Virus record (IMG/VR): IMGVR_UViG_3300009130_001605
Coordinates: 11,939 to 75,938 of that record
Direction: 5' to 3' (one strand)
DNA from: a virus
Length of the DNA stretch: 64,000 nucleotides
Shown here: positions 1-10,689 of the stretch, in pieces
Layout: the number at the start of each line of letters is the position of its first letter
Numbering within the stretch: the first letter of the stretch is position 1
Program-made: the position numbers and the translations under genes
The notes under the pieces: model-generated
Database searches by the model: none
What the model was told of the DNA's origin: nothing
Seen by the model: only the letters and a program-made list of their open reading frames with translations

Positions 1-122
1 GGATAAATTAAGAATGAAATTTAATCTACTAAAAGGTGTGGCGGATGACGCAGGTAAAGCAGCAAAATATGCTGCAGCACTCAAGTCTCTTAGTAGTATT
101 TTGGATAGTTAAAAACAATGTT

Positions 123-542
123 ATGGCAGCAATAATACAGGCCAGTAGTGATGCAAATAAATCTGAAGAAGTTGCAGATTTCATGTTGTTTATGTTAAAA
201 GAAAATAGGTTGAAAGTGCCTAAACTAAGTGTTTTTCAACTACTTGCTTCTAAAATTAGACCAGGTCTAAGTGCAGACATTTTGGCTGCATCAATAACTT
301 CCAGGTTTGATGAAATAGGGATACCAACTGGTACCCTTGAAGAAGGTACTCCTAACGTAATGGAAGAGTTTGTTAAAGTGTTATCAGAATCAATTGTTGA
401 CGCACTTCAAAATGATATGAGAATCGATGTTGCAGTTGATTCAGGGGTTACAGTACAAGCAAATGGTGCGAATGGTGGTGGTCCTGTTGTTGTTTTTGGA
501 GCATCTGTTGCACCTCACACAGGAATTGGAGTAGCAAGGTAA
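123..542 (+). CDS. hypothetical baseplate-associated virion protein
   Basis: ORF 36..542; likely start is ATG 123 (MAAIIQ) after an A-rich leader. Gly-rich beta-type C-terminus; upstream of the spike gene. Confidence 0.6.
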   Translation: MAAIIQASSDANKSEEVADFMLFMLKENRLKVPKLSVFQLLASKIRPGLSADILAASITSRFDEIGIPTGTLEEGTPNVMEEFVKVLSESIVDALQNDMRIDVAVDSGVTVQANGANGGGPVVVFGASVAPHTGIGVAR

Positions 543-799
543 TGGGATTAGGTACAGATAAAAAATTGACAACAAATAAAGAATATTTGTTGGAACTGCA
601 AAAGTTAGCAGATAAACACGCTTCTTTAAAAGAAAAATGTGAAGGCATGTTAAAAGAAGGTGATTCAATAGAAGACAAAGTAAAAGAATCTGAAAGGGTT
701 TTTGCAATCACAGACGCAGTTAAATCCATAATGTTTGAAATGGACGAAGTGGAAAATAAATATTACACTATTTTAGATAACTACAAGAATAAGAAATAA
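542..799 (+). CDS. hypothetical coiled-coil protein
   Basis: 85 aa charged helical ORF, TAATG-coupled to both neighbours. Confidence 0.7.
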   Translation: MGLGTDKKLTTNKEYLLELQKLADKHASLKEKCEGMLKEGDSIEDKVKESERVFAITDAVKSIMFEMDEVENKYYTILDNYKNKK

Positions 800-1764
800 T
801 GGGTTTTAACGATTTAGTAAATCAACAGTTAGGTGGAAAAGGTCAAGGTGACACTATGTCTTCTATGGGTAACCAAAGCAAGAGTAACATTTACCCTGCA
901 GTTGTTTTAAATGTCGATGATCCAGCTGAACAAAACAGGATTGTAGCAAGAATTGTTTCATTAGATGAAACTGGTGAAATGAAAGGTGGTAGAGACAGGG
1001 AAACTCCTGATGATCAACTTCCTTTTTGTATACCTATGGTTCCTGAGTTTATTCACGTTAGACCTCTTGTGGGAGAAATGGTTCTGATTTATTTAGAGAA
1101 TCCGTCTGACAACTCTGCCCCAAGGTATTGGATGGGTCCAATGATCACATCCAAACTAAAACTGAAATATCAATCTTTCGAAGAAGCGGATGGCATTTTT
1201 AGATACACAGACTTTTTCGGAAACGAAAAGCTAGAAAACAAAACACAGGCTTCATTAGCAATACCCCAGCAGGCAGATATTGCAATTCAGGGAAGAGATG
1301 ACGCAGATGTTATCTTGAGACCAAGAGAAGTTCTTATTTCGGCTGGTAAATTTATTGAGAACAGTTTTGATTTAAACGTAAATGCTCCATGTAATATCCA
1401 ACTAAAACAATATGATCAAGTTGAAAGTGATGAGGTAGAATCTTTTTCACAACAAAACTTACAAGCTAACAATGTTAACATATATTCTCCTTTTGGTAAA
1501 TTTAGGGATGCAGAAAAAGGGGCTAAAATCGAGAGTACAAACCAAGACCTTCAATATTTAGGTGTACTTGCAAACAAATTGCATCCAGCAGTGTTCGGTG
1601 ATGAACTAATCGTACTTCTAGATCTTATGGTTAAAGTTATTCTTACACATGTTCACACTCCACAAGCAAAGCTTGTGGAGAATGCGAATTCAAATGAATT
1701 GGCTGAATACGTTCTCGAAGGTAAACTTCAAGACATGATTTCTAAATTTGTTAGATTTAATTAA
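799..1764 (+). CDS. baseplate central spike, gp5/gpV-like OB-fold protein
   Basis: N-terminal V.NVDDP...RIVARI...P.VGEMV...RYWMG pattern of the gp5/Vgr OB fold; C-terminal HVH, the metal-binding spike-tip motif. Confidence 0.75.
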   Translation: MGFNDLVNQQLGGKGQGDTMSSMGNQSKSNIYPAVVLNVDDPAEQNRIVARIVSLDETGEMKGGRDRETPDDQLPFCIPMVPEFIHVRPLVGEMVLIYLENPSDNSAPRYWMGPMITSKLKLKYQSFEEADGIFRYTDFFGNEKLENKTQASLAIPQQADIAIQGRDDADVILRPREVLISAGKFIENSFDLNVNAPCNIQLKQYDQVESDEVESFSQQNLQANNVNIYSPFGKFRDAEKGAKIESTNQDLQYLGVLANKLHPAVFGDELIVLLDLMVKVILTHVHTPQAKLVENANSNELAEYVLEGKLQDMISKFVRFN

Positions 1765-3494
1765 AAAGGTCTTTGAACTTTAAAGTCAATTACGTTAGGT
1801 AAAACTCTTACAGAACCTAGCTCTTCAACTCTAAATTCTATTTTATAAGTTTGGTTATTCAATAACCAAGAGGTGTCTAAATCGAAATATTGTTCTTGAC
1901 ATTTATTTCTAACAACTTTATTTATATTTGTCCAAGGAATGACCTCATCTTGATTATTCATTATCAACCTATAAGATATAGAATAAAAAGGAGAAGGTTT
2001 TTTACGAGAATAATTTACTCTAACATTTGCAAATATTCTTATTTTTTCATCATTTGTTAGAATAGAATTGCCCTCAAGTCCATAGATATTTAAAGTGTAA
2101 TCGTTTATACTTGGAGAACTGTTTAAATAGTAATTATCTTGTATTTGAAAATGTTGAACATAATCTTGTTGGTCAACACCTGGTACAAAAGTAACACCTT
2201 GCCAAACATCAGAGTATTTTTGTCCCCTTGTTGCGTTAGGTAAATCAGTTGGGTTTATATCTACATAATAAGTACCAACACCTGCTTGATTGGGAGTAAG
2301 TCCAGTTATTACATCATTTCCTGATGGGTCTTTAATAGAAACTGTTGAGGCAGAATAATAGTTAGCCGTATTGTTTCCACTAAATGTGTATAAGTATAAT
2401 CTGCTAACTCTATTATTTGTAACTTGCTCACGATCATCAACAATAACTTGATCATAATTAACTTCAATATACGGCTTGAAGGCACTATTTGTTTTCTCAG
2501 TTAAGAAAGAAGCAATACTTCTTGTGTTTGTGGACATTAGTTCAAACGGTCTTGTGTAAGCTAAACCTATACCATAGTTAGTTCCACCTGTTAGCCAGTA
2601 ATTAACTAGTTTTGTAATATCTATCGAAACATCTTCATCTCCTATATCAAAATGCTGACTTGACCACAGAGGGTCTAAGTAAGAAAATGTGCTAGAAGAT
2701 AAAACAAATGAATCGCCAGAAGTTATAGTTGCCCCTGTGCTTCCAACTCCAATATCTATTCCTAAGTTAATGAAATCTAAACTTGAAGTAAGTCCAGTTT
2801 GTAAATCATAAGTTGTATTTGATCCAGACAACGGATTGAAAATGTATGTAGTATCATTTCCAGATACGCTTATGTTTACACCTGTTGTTGCAGTTGATGA
2901 TAAGATATTGAATCCGTAAAAGGCGGATGAGTTGTTTCCTTCTTTTTTGAAAGTCAATCCACTGTATGTAACGGATCCAGAATAAACATCAAGGTTTGTT
3001 GATGCTGTCGGATTCGAAAATACACCTGGCTCATCCCACGTTGTCAACATTGTTGCGTTATTCCAATTCGAGTAACCGCTTAACAAAGGGTTTCCTTGTT
3101 GTCTTACAATGTAATCTTCTTTCACCATGTCATAACCTCTGCCTTCATCCCAATCTTTGTTTATAGGGAAAGCAACAAGGTCAAAAGAAGTTGAGATAAC
3201 TTTTGTAAGCACATCGTATTCAAATTCTTTTTCTAATACAGCATCTCTTGGAATTGAGTTTGTCATTTTTAGAGTGTAGGATTTAACATTTCCACTCATA
3301 ATCTCTCCAGAAGAAAACCTGCTAGATAAACCATCTAAAGGGTATTTTGCAATATGCCTACTTATTGAGTTCCTTACAGAACCTACACCACCAAACCATA
3401 GTTCACTCATAGCATTTTGGCCACTATTAAAGGTTTCAAAAAGACCTGAGGCAATCGTATTACTTTTATCTGGATATATTCTAAATTTACTCAT
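1761..3494 (-). CDS. virion structural protein (DNRLRE-like beta-sandwich)
   Basis: WDEG.G, DITKLVNYW...NYGI and KPYIEVNYD motifs; located among baseplate genes with its own late-type motif. Confidence 0.55.
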   Translation of the reverse strand: MSKFRIYPDKSNTIASGLFETFNSGQNAMSELWFGGVGSVRNSISRHIAKYPLDGLSSRFSSGEIMSGNVKSYTLKMTNSIPRDAVLEKEFEYDVLTKVISTSFDLVAFPINKDWDEGRGYDMVKEDYIVRQQGNPLLSGYSNWNNATMLTTWDEPGVFSNPTASTNLDVYSGSVTYSGLTFKKEGNNSSAFYGFNILSSTATTGVNISVSGNDTTYIFNPLSGSNTTYDLQTGLTSSLDFINLGIDIGVGSTGATITSGDSFVLSSSTFSYLDPLWSSQHFDIGDEDVSIDITKLVNYWLTGGTNYGIGLAYTRPFELMSTNTRSIASFLTEKTNSAFKPYIEVNYDQVIVDDREQVTNNRVSRLYLYTFSGNNTANYYSASTVSIKDPSGNDVITGLTPNQAGVGTYYVDINPTDLPNATRGQKYSDVWQGVTFVPGVDQQDYVQHFQIQDNYYLNSSPSINDYTLNIYGLEGNSILTNDEKIRIFANVRVNYSRKKPSPFYSISYRLIMNNQDEVIPWTNINKVVRNKCQEQYFDLDTSWLLNNQTYKIEFRVEELGSVRVLPNVIDFKVQRPF

Positions 3495-3507
3495 TTTGAT
3501 GTTTTAT

Positions 3508-3603
3508 TATAAATATCAATAAAAATATCATCACAAGCCATTAGTGTTTAATTTATGCAATTCATTGATTACTTTTTATAAAATTAATTGTTCAATATTT
3601 ATT
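3508..3603. promoter_or_regulatory. divergent pair of putative late promoters TATTTAT(A/T)
   Basis: Minus-strand TATTTATA at 3508-3515 and plus-strand TATTTATT at 3596-3603, each 13-16 nt before an ATG. Confidence 0.65.
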
Positions 3604-3619
3604 AAAAACGAACAAATTT

Positions 3620-4015
3620 ATGCCAGTATCAATAAGTATTAAATTCCCATTCGATAGAACTCAAGAGGGAGGCGTTTTCGAAGTAAATAAAACTACTGAC
3701 GAAGCTATAAGAACAAACCTTATTTCTCTACTAACCACAAAACGTGGACACAGAGTTATGAGACCAAGTTTGTATTCTCCAATTTTCGATTTTATTATGG
3801 AACCTTGGGATGATATTTCTGAGGATGACTTGAGAGGGCAGTTGGAAACTAAAATCCAAGAGTTCATGGGTAACCAAATAGAAGTTCAAAAAATTATACT
3901 TGAGCTACAAGATGATGGAAACACTCTTAGAATTGAAATATTGTATTCGATTTTGCAGATCGGTGGAGTTACCGATGGTGTAGAACTATTTGTACCATTA
4001 TCAACAAATAACTAA
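3620..4015 (+). CDS. gp25: baseplate wedge protein gp25/GPW family
   Basis: IKFPF...AIRTNLISLLTTKRGHRVMRP signature, 131 aa, directly before the gp6-like gene. Confidence 0.88.
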   Translation: MPVSISIKFPFDRTQEGGVFEVNKTTDEAIRTNLISLLTTKRGHRVMRPSLYSPIFDFIMEPWDDISEDDLRGQLETKIQEFMGNQIEVQKIILELQDDGNTLRIEILYSILQIGGVTDGVELFVPLSTNN

Positions 4016-4028
4016 ATTATAAAACACA

Positions 4029-5891
4029 ATGGCAAGGACAAAAAAAAATCCAGACATTAACCTTTTAAGTAGAGATTTCCAAAGCATTAGATCTGATTTA
4101 GAATCTTTCCTTCAAGCATTTTACCCTGAAGTTTGGAAAGACTTTAACGTGACTTCACCTGGTATGGCATTAGTAGATTTAAATGCTTATGTAGGTGATT
4201 TATTATCTTATATTGCTGATAAAAAATATAATGAAAACTACCTTGATGGCGTTTCGGAAAGAAAGTCTGTTTATAGATTAGCGAAAACAAAAGGCTACAG
4301 ACCTCCAGGGTTTAGGCCTGGTGTTGCTATTGCAGACATTACAATAGAGGTTCCAGTTACTGCAGATGGGCCAAACCCAGATTACCTACCTATTTATAGA
4401 GAAGGGATGCAAATAAATGGTGGTGGTCAAATATATGAAACAGAATTTCCAATTGATTTTAGCTCAGATTTCTCTGAAGAAGGAACTGCGAATAGAACAA
4501 TTGAACCTATATTAAATACAAATCAAGATATTATTAGATATAGGATTGTAAAAAGGGAGAAAATTAGAGCAGGTGTAACTGTTATATATTCAGAAGAAGT
4601 CTTTCAAGAAGATGCAATTCCGTTTTACAGATTGTTTTTGCCAGAAAACAATGTGCTTGACATACAAAATGTAATAGCAATAAATCAAGTGGGTTTAAGT
4701 GATGTTCCGACATATCAAGAATTTAATGACCCAAACAATTCTTTTACAGAGGTTGACTTTCTTGCACAAAGCAAAGTTTTTGAAGAAGATCCAACTTCAG
4801 AAAGAGTTAATGGTGTTGCCATTGGTAAATTAATAGAAGTTAATAAAAGATTTGAAAAACATTTTTTAGCAGACGGTAGCTGTATGCTTCAGTTCGGTGG
4901 AGGAACACCGAGTTTTAATGCATATGAAAGTTATTTGAAAGATATTACTTCTGTTTCTGGAACAACTAACATAGATGCTTCTGTGTTGCTTGATAACACA
5001 GCTCTTGGTGAAACAGTTCCTGCAAACTCAACTGTGTTTGTTAAATACAGAATTGGTGGCGGTCTTAGTAGTAATGTTGGTCAAGGTGTCTTGACTGAAG
5101 CATCTAATATAGACGCTCTTATACTTGGGTCTGATCCAAAACTTAATCAACAAGTCATACAATCAACAAGGGTGTTTAATCCAATACCTGCTGTTGGAGG
5201 GGCAGGGTTACCGACTGTTGAGGAAATAAAGCATTTCACTGCTGGTAATCATGCAGCACAAGACAGGTGTGTTACTCTTAAGGATTATCTTGCTAAGTCA
5301 GCACAAATACCGAGTAAGTTTGGTGCACCTTTTCGTATACAAGGGAAAGTTGAAGACAACAAGGTTAAACTATACATATTATCCAGAGATGGTAATGGTA
5401 GATTAGTTTCTAACTCAACATCAACAATAAAAAACAACCTTGCAACCTGGTTGTCTCAATTTAGGATGATAAATGATTTCGTTGAGATTAATGACGGAAA
5501 AGTGGTAAACCTTCAATGCGAAGTAGACTTATTGGTTGACAAAACATTTAATGTAAACGAGATAAAACTGGCAGCTATTCAAGAGGTGAAAAACTTCTTA
5601 GATATCAGCAAAAAGCAAATGAATGAACATATTTATATTTCTCAAATAACAGATTTGATTAGAGAGATACCAGGTGTGATCAATGTTGTTGATATTCGTT
5701 TCTATAACATGGAAGGTGGAGGTTATTCGTCTACCGCAATCAGTCAAGCTGTTATTGATAGGACAATAGTACCTGGTACAGGTGGGTTTAGAACTCAAAT
5801 TGAGTATATTGATAATCAGATTTTTGGAACACCTTTATCTATGTTTGAGATAAAGTTTCCTTCTAAGGATGTTAAGGTGCGTTGCGGATAG
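4029..5891 (+). CDS. gp6: baseplate wedge protein gp6 / baseplate J-like
   Basis: RDFQSIR...WKDFN..SPGM.L.DL.AY, Y.IGGG..SNV, A.GG..., AQDRCVT..DY motifs. Confidence 0.88.
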   Translation: MARTKKNPDINLLSRDFQSIRSDLESFLQAFYPEVWKDFNVTSPGMALVDLNAYVGDLLSYIADKKYNENYLDGVSERKSVYRLAKTKGYRPPGFRPGVAIADITIEVPVTADGPNPDYLPIYREGMQINGGGQIYETEFPIDFSSDFSEEGTANRTIEPILNTNQDIIRYRIVKREKIRAGVTVIYSEEVFQEDAIPFYRLFLPENNVLDIQNVIAINQVGLSDVPTYQEFNDPNNSFTEVDFLAQSKVFEEDPTSERVNGVAIGKLIEVNKRFEKHFLADGSCMLQFGGGTPSFNAYESYLKDITSVSGTTNIDASVLLDNTALGETVPANSTVFVKYRIGGGLSSNVGQGVLTEASNIDALILGSDPKLNQQVIQSTRVFNPIPAVGGAGLPTVEEIKHFTAGNHAAQDRCVTLKDYLAKSAQIPSKFGAPFRIQGKVEDNKVKLYILSRDGNGRLVSNSTSTIKNNLATWLSQFRMINDFVEINDGKVVNLQCEVDLLVDKTFNVNEIKLAAIQEVKNFLDISKKQMNEHIYISQITDLIREIPGVINVVDIRFYNMEGGGYSSTAISQAVIDRTIVPGTGGFRTQIEYIDNQIFGTPLSMFEIKFPSKDVKVRCG

Positions 5892-5942
5892 TTGATTTCC
5901 AACATACTACTTACTACATTGTTAGTAAACGATTAATTTTGA

Positions 5943-6032
5943 GAAAGTAAAAGAAAAAAGGTACAAGAAATAATTAAACTTTATGTTGATGAACATGTAC
6001 CAACAACTAAGTTAGGTAGTAAGTTTAACTAG
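5943..6032 (+). pseudogene. start-less HTH-like fragment (possible homing endonuclease remnant)
   Basis: Frame reads KKVQEIIKLYVDEHVPTTKLGSKFN* between TGA 5940 and TAG 6030, with no start codon. Confidence 0.3.
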
Positions 6033-6095
6033 AGATGCAAGTGGTATATTGTAAAAATAATGTTATATATAAACCTATTTTAAAAGAGTTGGGTG

Positions 6096-6272
6096 ATGAA
6101 AAAATTAGCAATTTATATGACAAGGTGGCAACTGAGCACACCTATCTTAGCACTGGTGCCAATTGTTTTGGTAAATAACTTTAATATAAGCAACTTTTGG
6201 ACTACCGCAATTATTTCGAACCTGATAGGATCTTTAATTTTCTTTTGGGTAGATAAAAAAATATTTAAGTAA
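6096..6272 (+). CDS. small two-helix membrane protein (58 aa, absent from the ORF track)
   Basis: Translated by hand: MKKLAIYMTRWQLSTPILALVPIVLVNNFNISNFWTTAIISNLIGSLIFFWVDKKIFK; stop lies 2 nt before the next ATG. Confidence 0.75.
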   Translation: MKKLAIYMTRWQLSTPILALVPIVLVNNFNISNFWTTAIISNLIGSLIFFWVDKKIFK

Positions 6273-6274
6273 TT

Positions 6275-6490
6275 ATGTTATTCAAAGTAGAGTCTTCAAA
6301 CATTTCAATGGTGGATTATGAACCACAAGATTTAACATTAACTGTTTATTTTAACAACGGAAGTGTTTACAATTATTATCCGATCTATGAACATCAAGTT
6401 CTGGAGTTCTCTTCATCGGCTAGTAAAGGAAAATGGTTCAACAAAAACATAAGAGGCAACAAATCTCTTGGTGGAAAGAAAATTAAATAA
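6275..6490 (+). CDS. KTSC domain protein
   Basis: VESSNI..V.Y......L.V.F.NGSVY.Y......SSASKGKWFNKNIR matches the KTSC pattern. Confidence 0.9.
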   Translation: MLFKVESSNISMVDYEPQDLTLTVYFNNGSVYNYYPIYEHQVLEFSSSASKGKWFNKNIRGNKSLGGKKIK

Positions 6491-9442
6491 ATGGAACAAG
6501 TTTTATTGACAGGATCGACAAGGAGTGGGACTACACTGTTTGCTTTTAGCCCAACACCTTTTAGGAAAGGTATTGATCAAAGCACTGGGTATGTAACATT
6601 TAATGACATGGGCATAACAAGTGGTATTTACCAGTTTAGCGGAGATACTATATGGTCAAGAAATAACAGTAACCATTTTGCACCACTGTCTTCTGTTACA
6701 ACAAACTACCAAACTGGTTATACGTTTATACAAACAAGCGAAGATGTTATAAGCCAGAAAAGTAAAGATAGATTGATATCTAAGCTTCCAGGTATGGTTG
6801 AAGATGCTAATTCTAAGCAAAATTTAAGATACCTATTTAAAGATGAGCCTATTAACGACATTTTTTATAATGTGTCAATAACAAAGACTTTCGATACACT
6901 TGACACCTTTAATGTTTATAATTCAGTCTCTAATAGTTCTCCTATTTTAAACGCCAATACTGGTGTTGTATTCGGAAAATTAGAAGCTATTCAAAAAATT
7001 AAAAACCCACTACCTTTAGACGCTGATCACGAAGACAGGGATAATGTTAGAATCCCTTTAAGAAATGTTCCAATAGGAATTTTTCAAGAATCCGAAGAAT
7101 TTCCACAAACAACATCCGTTGATGAAAATGGAGATAGAATTAAGTTCTCTTTTAAAACAGAGTCTGAGTTTGCAGATTCAAGGTATTTTAATACAGAATC
7201 TCAAGAATATGATGAACAATTTTTAAACACTAATAATTACGACAAAATACCTGATCATTATAAATTGATGACTACAACTAATGAGAATGGTGAGTTTATT
7301 ATATATAATGTTCCAGTTGGAACACAATCTATTGTTTTTGAGGTCGATTTGCTTAAGCAAGGGTTGACTAAAGAAGAGGTTGCTTTAAATTTCTTTCCAT
7401 ATCCAACTAGTGATTCACCCAATATTGACACTGTTCCTCATTTCTTTTTTAGGCAAATACCAGTGGATGTTGTTCCTGCATGGGGCGATTTTCAAACTGG
7501 ATATACTGAAGTTAATATATCTGCAAATATAGATCTTAGAAAATGGGCAACTTACTATTTTGTTCCATCTTCATATGGTGGTTTTACAATGCCAGAACTT
7601 CCTGCAAACAATATTAACAACCCCTTGTCTATAGCAGTAAGAGATATGACGAAACCAAGTGCAGGTGGAGGATATAACCAAGAAGACTTAATGCCAAGTG
7701 AGATCGTACAAATTGGAGACACTTTAGATAGAGATACAGAACAAGAAATCTCTTGGTTTAATGAATTCATACAAAGAAAAAGTACTGCAAAATTTAGGCA
7801 CGATGATTTTTCTGTTATAAAATTACCTGCAAACATTTACCATCCAACAATGATAAACAGCGTTGAATCGGGAAATGCTATCAAAGAGGTTGGGGATCCA
7901 ATTGTTCTTAAAACAAATCCTGTACCTGGAACTTGGTTTGCATCATATCAATTTAAACAGTTTATAACTAGGGAGAATTATAGAACAACAGGTGCTGAGA
8001 GCAGGGGGATAAATGGTTCTGCTGGATTGGTTGTTTGGAGAAATCATTTTGATTTAACCTACCCACTTGGTCAACAAGAATATCCACCAAATGAAAGTGA
8101 AATTGAAGATCCAGCCAGTGTTGCATCAAACAACGAAACTTTAACTGATCCTTTATATGAACAGCCATGGAGTTATTTTTACCCAAATGAAGTCTCAATA
8201 CCAACAGTTCCAGTTAACATTATTAATGACAACCCAAATGATGGAGAGGCAAAATACTCTGACGGAGATCTAATTGGTGTAAATACAGACACATCTGTTG
8301 ATGAAACTGGTGGTTATGGTTTGCAAAAAAGAATAGATTCAACAGAAGAATTTATAAACAAATTTTCACAAAGAGTGACCAAAAATTATGTGTATAAATA
8401 TGAACAGGGTAATTTTTGGGATGAAAAATATGGAACAGGTTATGCTAATCACCCAGATAGAGCCACTAATAGTTCTGTTGAGAACGGTGAAGGATATCAA
8501 AGAGTAGAGTGTGGTTTTGCATATTTCATGAGGCCAATGGATTGGCCTATTATAAAACAAAGTGATGATAAGGATTACGTTGATCCAAGTGATCATGATA
8601 CAAATATTTTCCTTAAAGAAGGCACTCAAGACATGAGTCTTAATTTGGACGGGACATCAAGTCAAATCACAGGAAGGTTAGATATTTATAGAATTTTAAA
8701 CCCAAGTCCATCTAATTTAATTTCTCCAGATCCAATTGTTACACCAACTTTTATAAACATTGATTTACAAAGAATTTACAGACCAGCAGGTGAATCTGGT
8801 ACAAGAACTTGGTTAAGGTATCCAGTAGGAAACGAAGAGGTAGATAGAAATAATTTACATTTGTTAGGCTATTTTAGGAATGATGATAAAAAATTTACAG
8901 AAACAACAATTTTTATAACAAACCTTGGGGAAAGGACTGTAAACATTAGAGGTGTTGAAACACCTCCTAATAAATCATTTTCAACCATTTTAAACAGTAG
9001 TAGTGATCTGGTTTTTTCATTACCAGGTAATGGTGAGTTTGATTTCGGTCAATTTAAGTTCACAAAATCAAATTACAGTATAAGATTCGAAGAATACAGT
9101 GCAGGTAATCAAGGGGGTACAAGTTGGAATGGTGATCCATGGTACGTCCCATCAATTTCAAAAGATGCTAATGAAGAAGGGGAAGTGATGACATATTATT
9201 ATGTAACCCAAATTTCAGGTAATTATAGGAATGGTAAGTTTAAAAATAATGGAGGCTGTGATGATGAAGGTCAAAGGCAAAACGACAATTCAAACACCTA
9301 CATTGATGGGTTGGTTGTGGGATTAAGTGCAAACAACAAAGAAACTGATGGCAACTCCATTTTAGATCCTGGTAGTATAAATGTAAACTGGACAGGTTGT
9401 GAATTAAATGATAAGCAGTGGATTCCTTATGAATGGAAATAG
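6491..9442 (+). CDS. large virion/baseplate protein with carboxypeptidase-regulatory-like beta-sandwich
   Basis: 983 aa; GVVFG...IPL.NV.I...TTTNENGEFII.NVPVG.Q pattern. Confidence 0.6.
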   Translation: MEQVLLTGSTRSGTTLFAFSPTPFRKGIDQSTGYVTFNDMGITSGIYQFSGDTIWSRNNSNHFAPLSSVTTNYQTGYTFIQTSEDVISQKSKDRLISKLPGMVEDANSKQNLRYLFKDEPINDIFYNVSITKTFDTLDTFNVYNSVSNSSPILNANTGVVFGKLEAIQKIKNPLPLDADHEDRDNVRIPLRNVPIGIFQESEEFPQTTSVDENGDRIKFSFKTESEFADSRYFNTESQEYDEQFLNTNNYDKIPDHYKLMTTTNENGEFIIYNVPVGTQSIVFEVDLLKQGLTKEEVALNFFPYPTSDSPNIDTVPHFFFRQIPVDVVPAWGDFQTGYTEVNISANIDLRKWATYYFVPSSYGGFTMPELPANNINNPLSIAVRDMTKPSAGGGYNQEDLMPSEIVQIGDTLDRDTEQEISWFNEFIQRKSTAKFRHDDFSVIKLPANIYHPTMINSVESGNAIKEVGDPIVLKTNPVPGTWFASYQFKQFITRENYRTTGAESRGINGSAGLVVWRNHFDLTYPLGQQEYPPNESEIEDPASVASNNETLTDPLYEQPWSYFYPNEVSIPTVPVNIINDNPNDGEAKYSDGDLIGVNTDTSVDETGGYGLQKRIDSTEEFINKFSQRVTKNYVYKYEQGNFWDEKYGTGYANHPDRATNSSVENGEGYQRVECGFAYFMRPMDWPIIKQSDDKDYVDPSDHDTNIFLKEGTQDMSLNLDGTSSQITGRLDIYRILNPSPSNLISPDPIVTPTFINIDLQRIYRPAGESGTRTWLRYPVGNEEVDRNNLHLLGYFRNDDKKFTETTIFITNLGERTVNIRGVETPPNKSFSTILNSSSDLVFSLPGNGEFDFGQFKFTKSNYSIRFEEYSAGNQGGTSWNGDPWYVPSISKDANEEGEVMTYYYVTQISGNYRNGKFKNNGGCDDEGQRQNDNSNTYIDGLVVGLSANNKETDGNSILDPGSINVNWTGCELNDKQWIPYEWK

Positions 9443-10110
9443 ATATGAATAATAGAAAAAAAATATTACTAAGAAGCACTTCTTTGTTTGGGTTGGAAAA
9501 TTTAGACATGCATATTAATGTTGATTTGAAATCAAACTTTAAAGAAATTAGACCAGATTCTTATGAGAATAATTTTGATTTACAAAAACAATATGATAAA
9601 GAAAGAAACTCTTCTAGGAACTTTACTATCTATGGAGGGGTAAACTCTGTTTTCACCGACAGCTCAAGTAAAATTTTAAGGTTTTTTGCTGAGATCCTCC
9701 CATCTTCTGACCCCGTGTTAGAAAATAATTTCACTATAGCAAGTTCTACAAGTCAACAAAATTCTGGTGTAGACACTATCGTATTATCCAACGGTGCAAG
9801 TTTAAGTTACATAGGAGAAGTTACTTCGAGGCCTATTTCTCATAATCCAAAAAACATATTTGGATTTAATGAAGCTTACTATAAAAAAGATTTGACAGAT
9901 TTTAATTACGATGCTATTTACATAGTCATAGATCAAAACATAGTTGCAAGGCAACAGTTGGTGTTTAATGATGCAGATGGAAACTTTGTTAAGTACGGTA
10001 ATGATACAGAGGAGATTAGAGAAAATGGAACTACGTTTACTGTTTTTAATGATTTTCCGTTCTTTTACAATATTCATTGGATAAAACTCCCACTGGAAAT
10101 AACAAAATAA
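9433..10110 (+). CDS. hypothetical structural protein
   Basis: 225 aa ORF overlapping the previous stop, within the structural operon. Confidence 0.65.
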   Translation: MEIDMNNRKKILLRSTSLFGLENLDMHINVDLKSNFKEIRPDSYENNFDLQKQYDKERNSSRNFTIYGGVNSVFTDSSSKILRFFAEILPSSDPVLENNFTIASSTSQQNSGVDTIVLSNGASLSYIGEVTSRPISHNPKNIFGFNEAYYKKDLTDFNYDAIYIVIDQNIVARQQLVFNDADGNFVKYGNDTEEIRENGTTFTVFNDFPFFYNIHWIKLPLEITK

Positions 10111-10131
10111 TTTGGTAGATATTTATTTGTG

Positions 10132-10689
10132 ATGGAAGATAACGTTAGAAAACATAAAATTTATATAGACATAGAGCCAACTGTAAACGGTGCAGTGGGA
10201 ACTGTGGGTACAACTGGTGTGACAATAGACAATTCAGAAGTGTTTTATAAAATAAAACACTCAGACGGAACTTTTCACAATTACCCTGAGAATGATTTTT
10301 ACATAAACATACCTGTTTATAAATCTGAAAGGGTTTTTGAATATATAGATTTACAAAGAGAAGATGCTATCCACACAGTTCAGAGACAAGAAATAAATCC
10401 TTTTTTTATTGAATATGAGTTTTTTAATTCAGTTACTTTTAGTAGAATAAATAAAGGTGATGACTTAGACGACAATAATATTAGTTTCATTAAAAGTGTC
10501 GTGTCAGAAGTTGCAAATTCTAGTGACAGTTATGTTAGAGAATGGTATGATAATGCTGGAAAGTTTAAGTTTCCATGGAACGCTGGCACACCTAATGAAG
10601 TTACAAAAGATGATCTTGACAAATCCTCTATGAATAAAGATGGTATAGTGTCAAAATCAACTGTTTACCCAATTGACATAAACAACTAA
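10132..10689 (+). CDS. hypothetical structural protein
   Basis: About 185 aa, preceded by TATTTATT at 10120. Confidence 0.6.
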   Translation: MEDNVRKHKIYIDIEPTVNGAVGTVGTTGVTIDNSEVFYKIKHSDGTFHNYPENDFYINIPVYKSERVFEYIDLQREDAIHTVQRQEINPFFIEYEFFNSVTFSRINKGDDLDDNNISFIKSVVSEVANSSDSYVREWYDNAGKFKFPWNAGTPNEVTKDDLDKSSMNKDGIVSKSTVYPIDINN

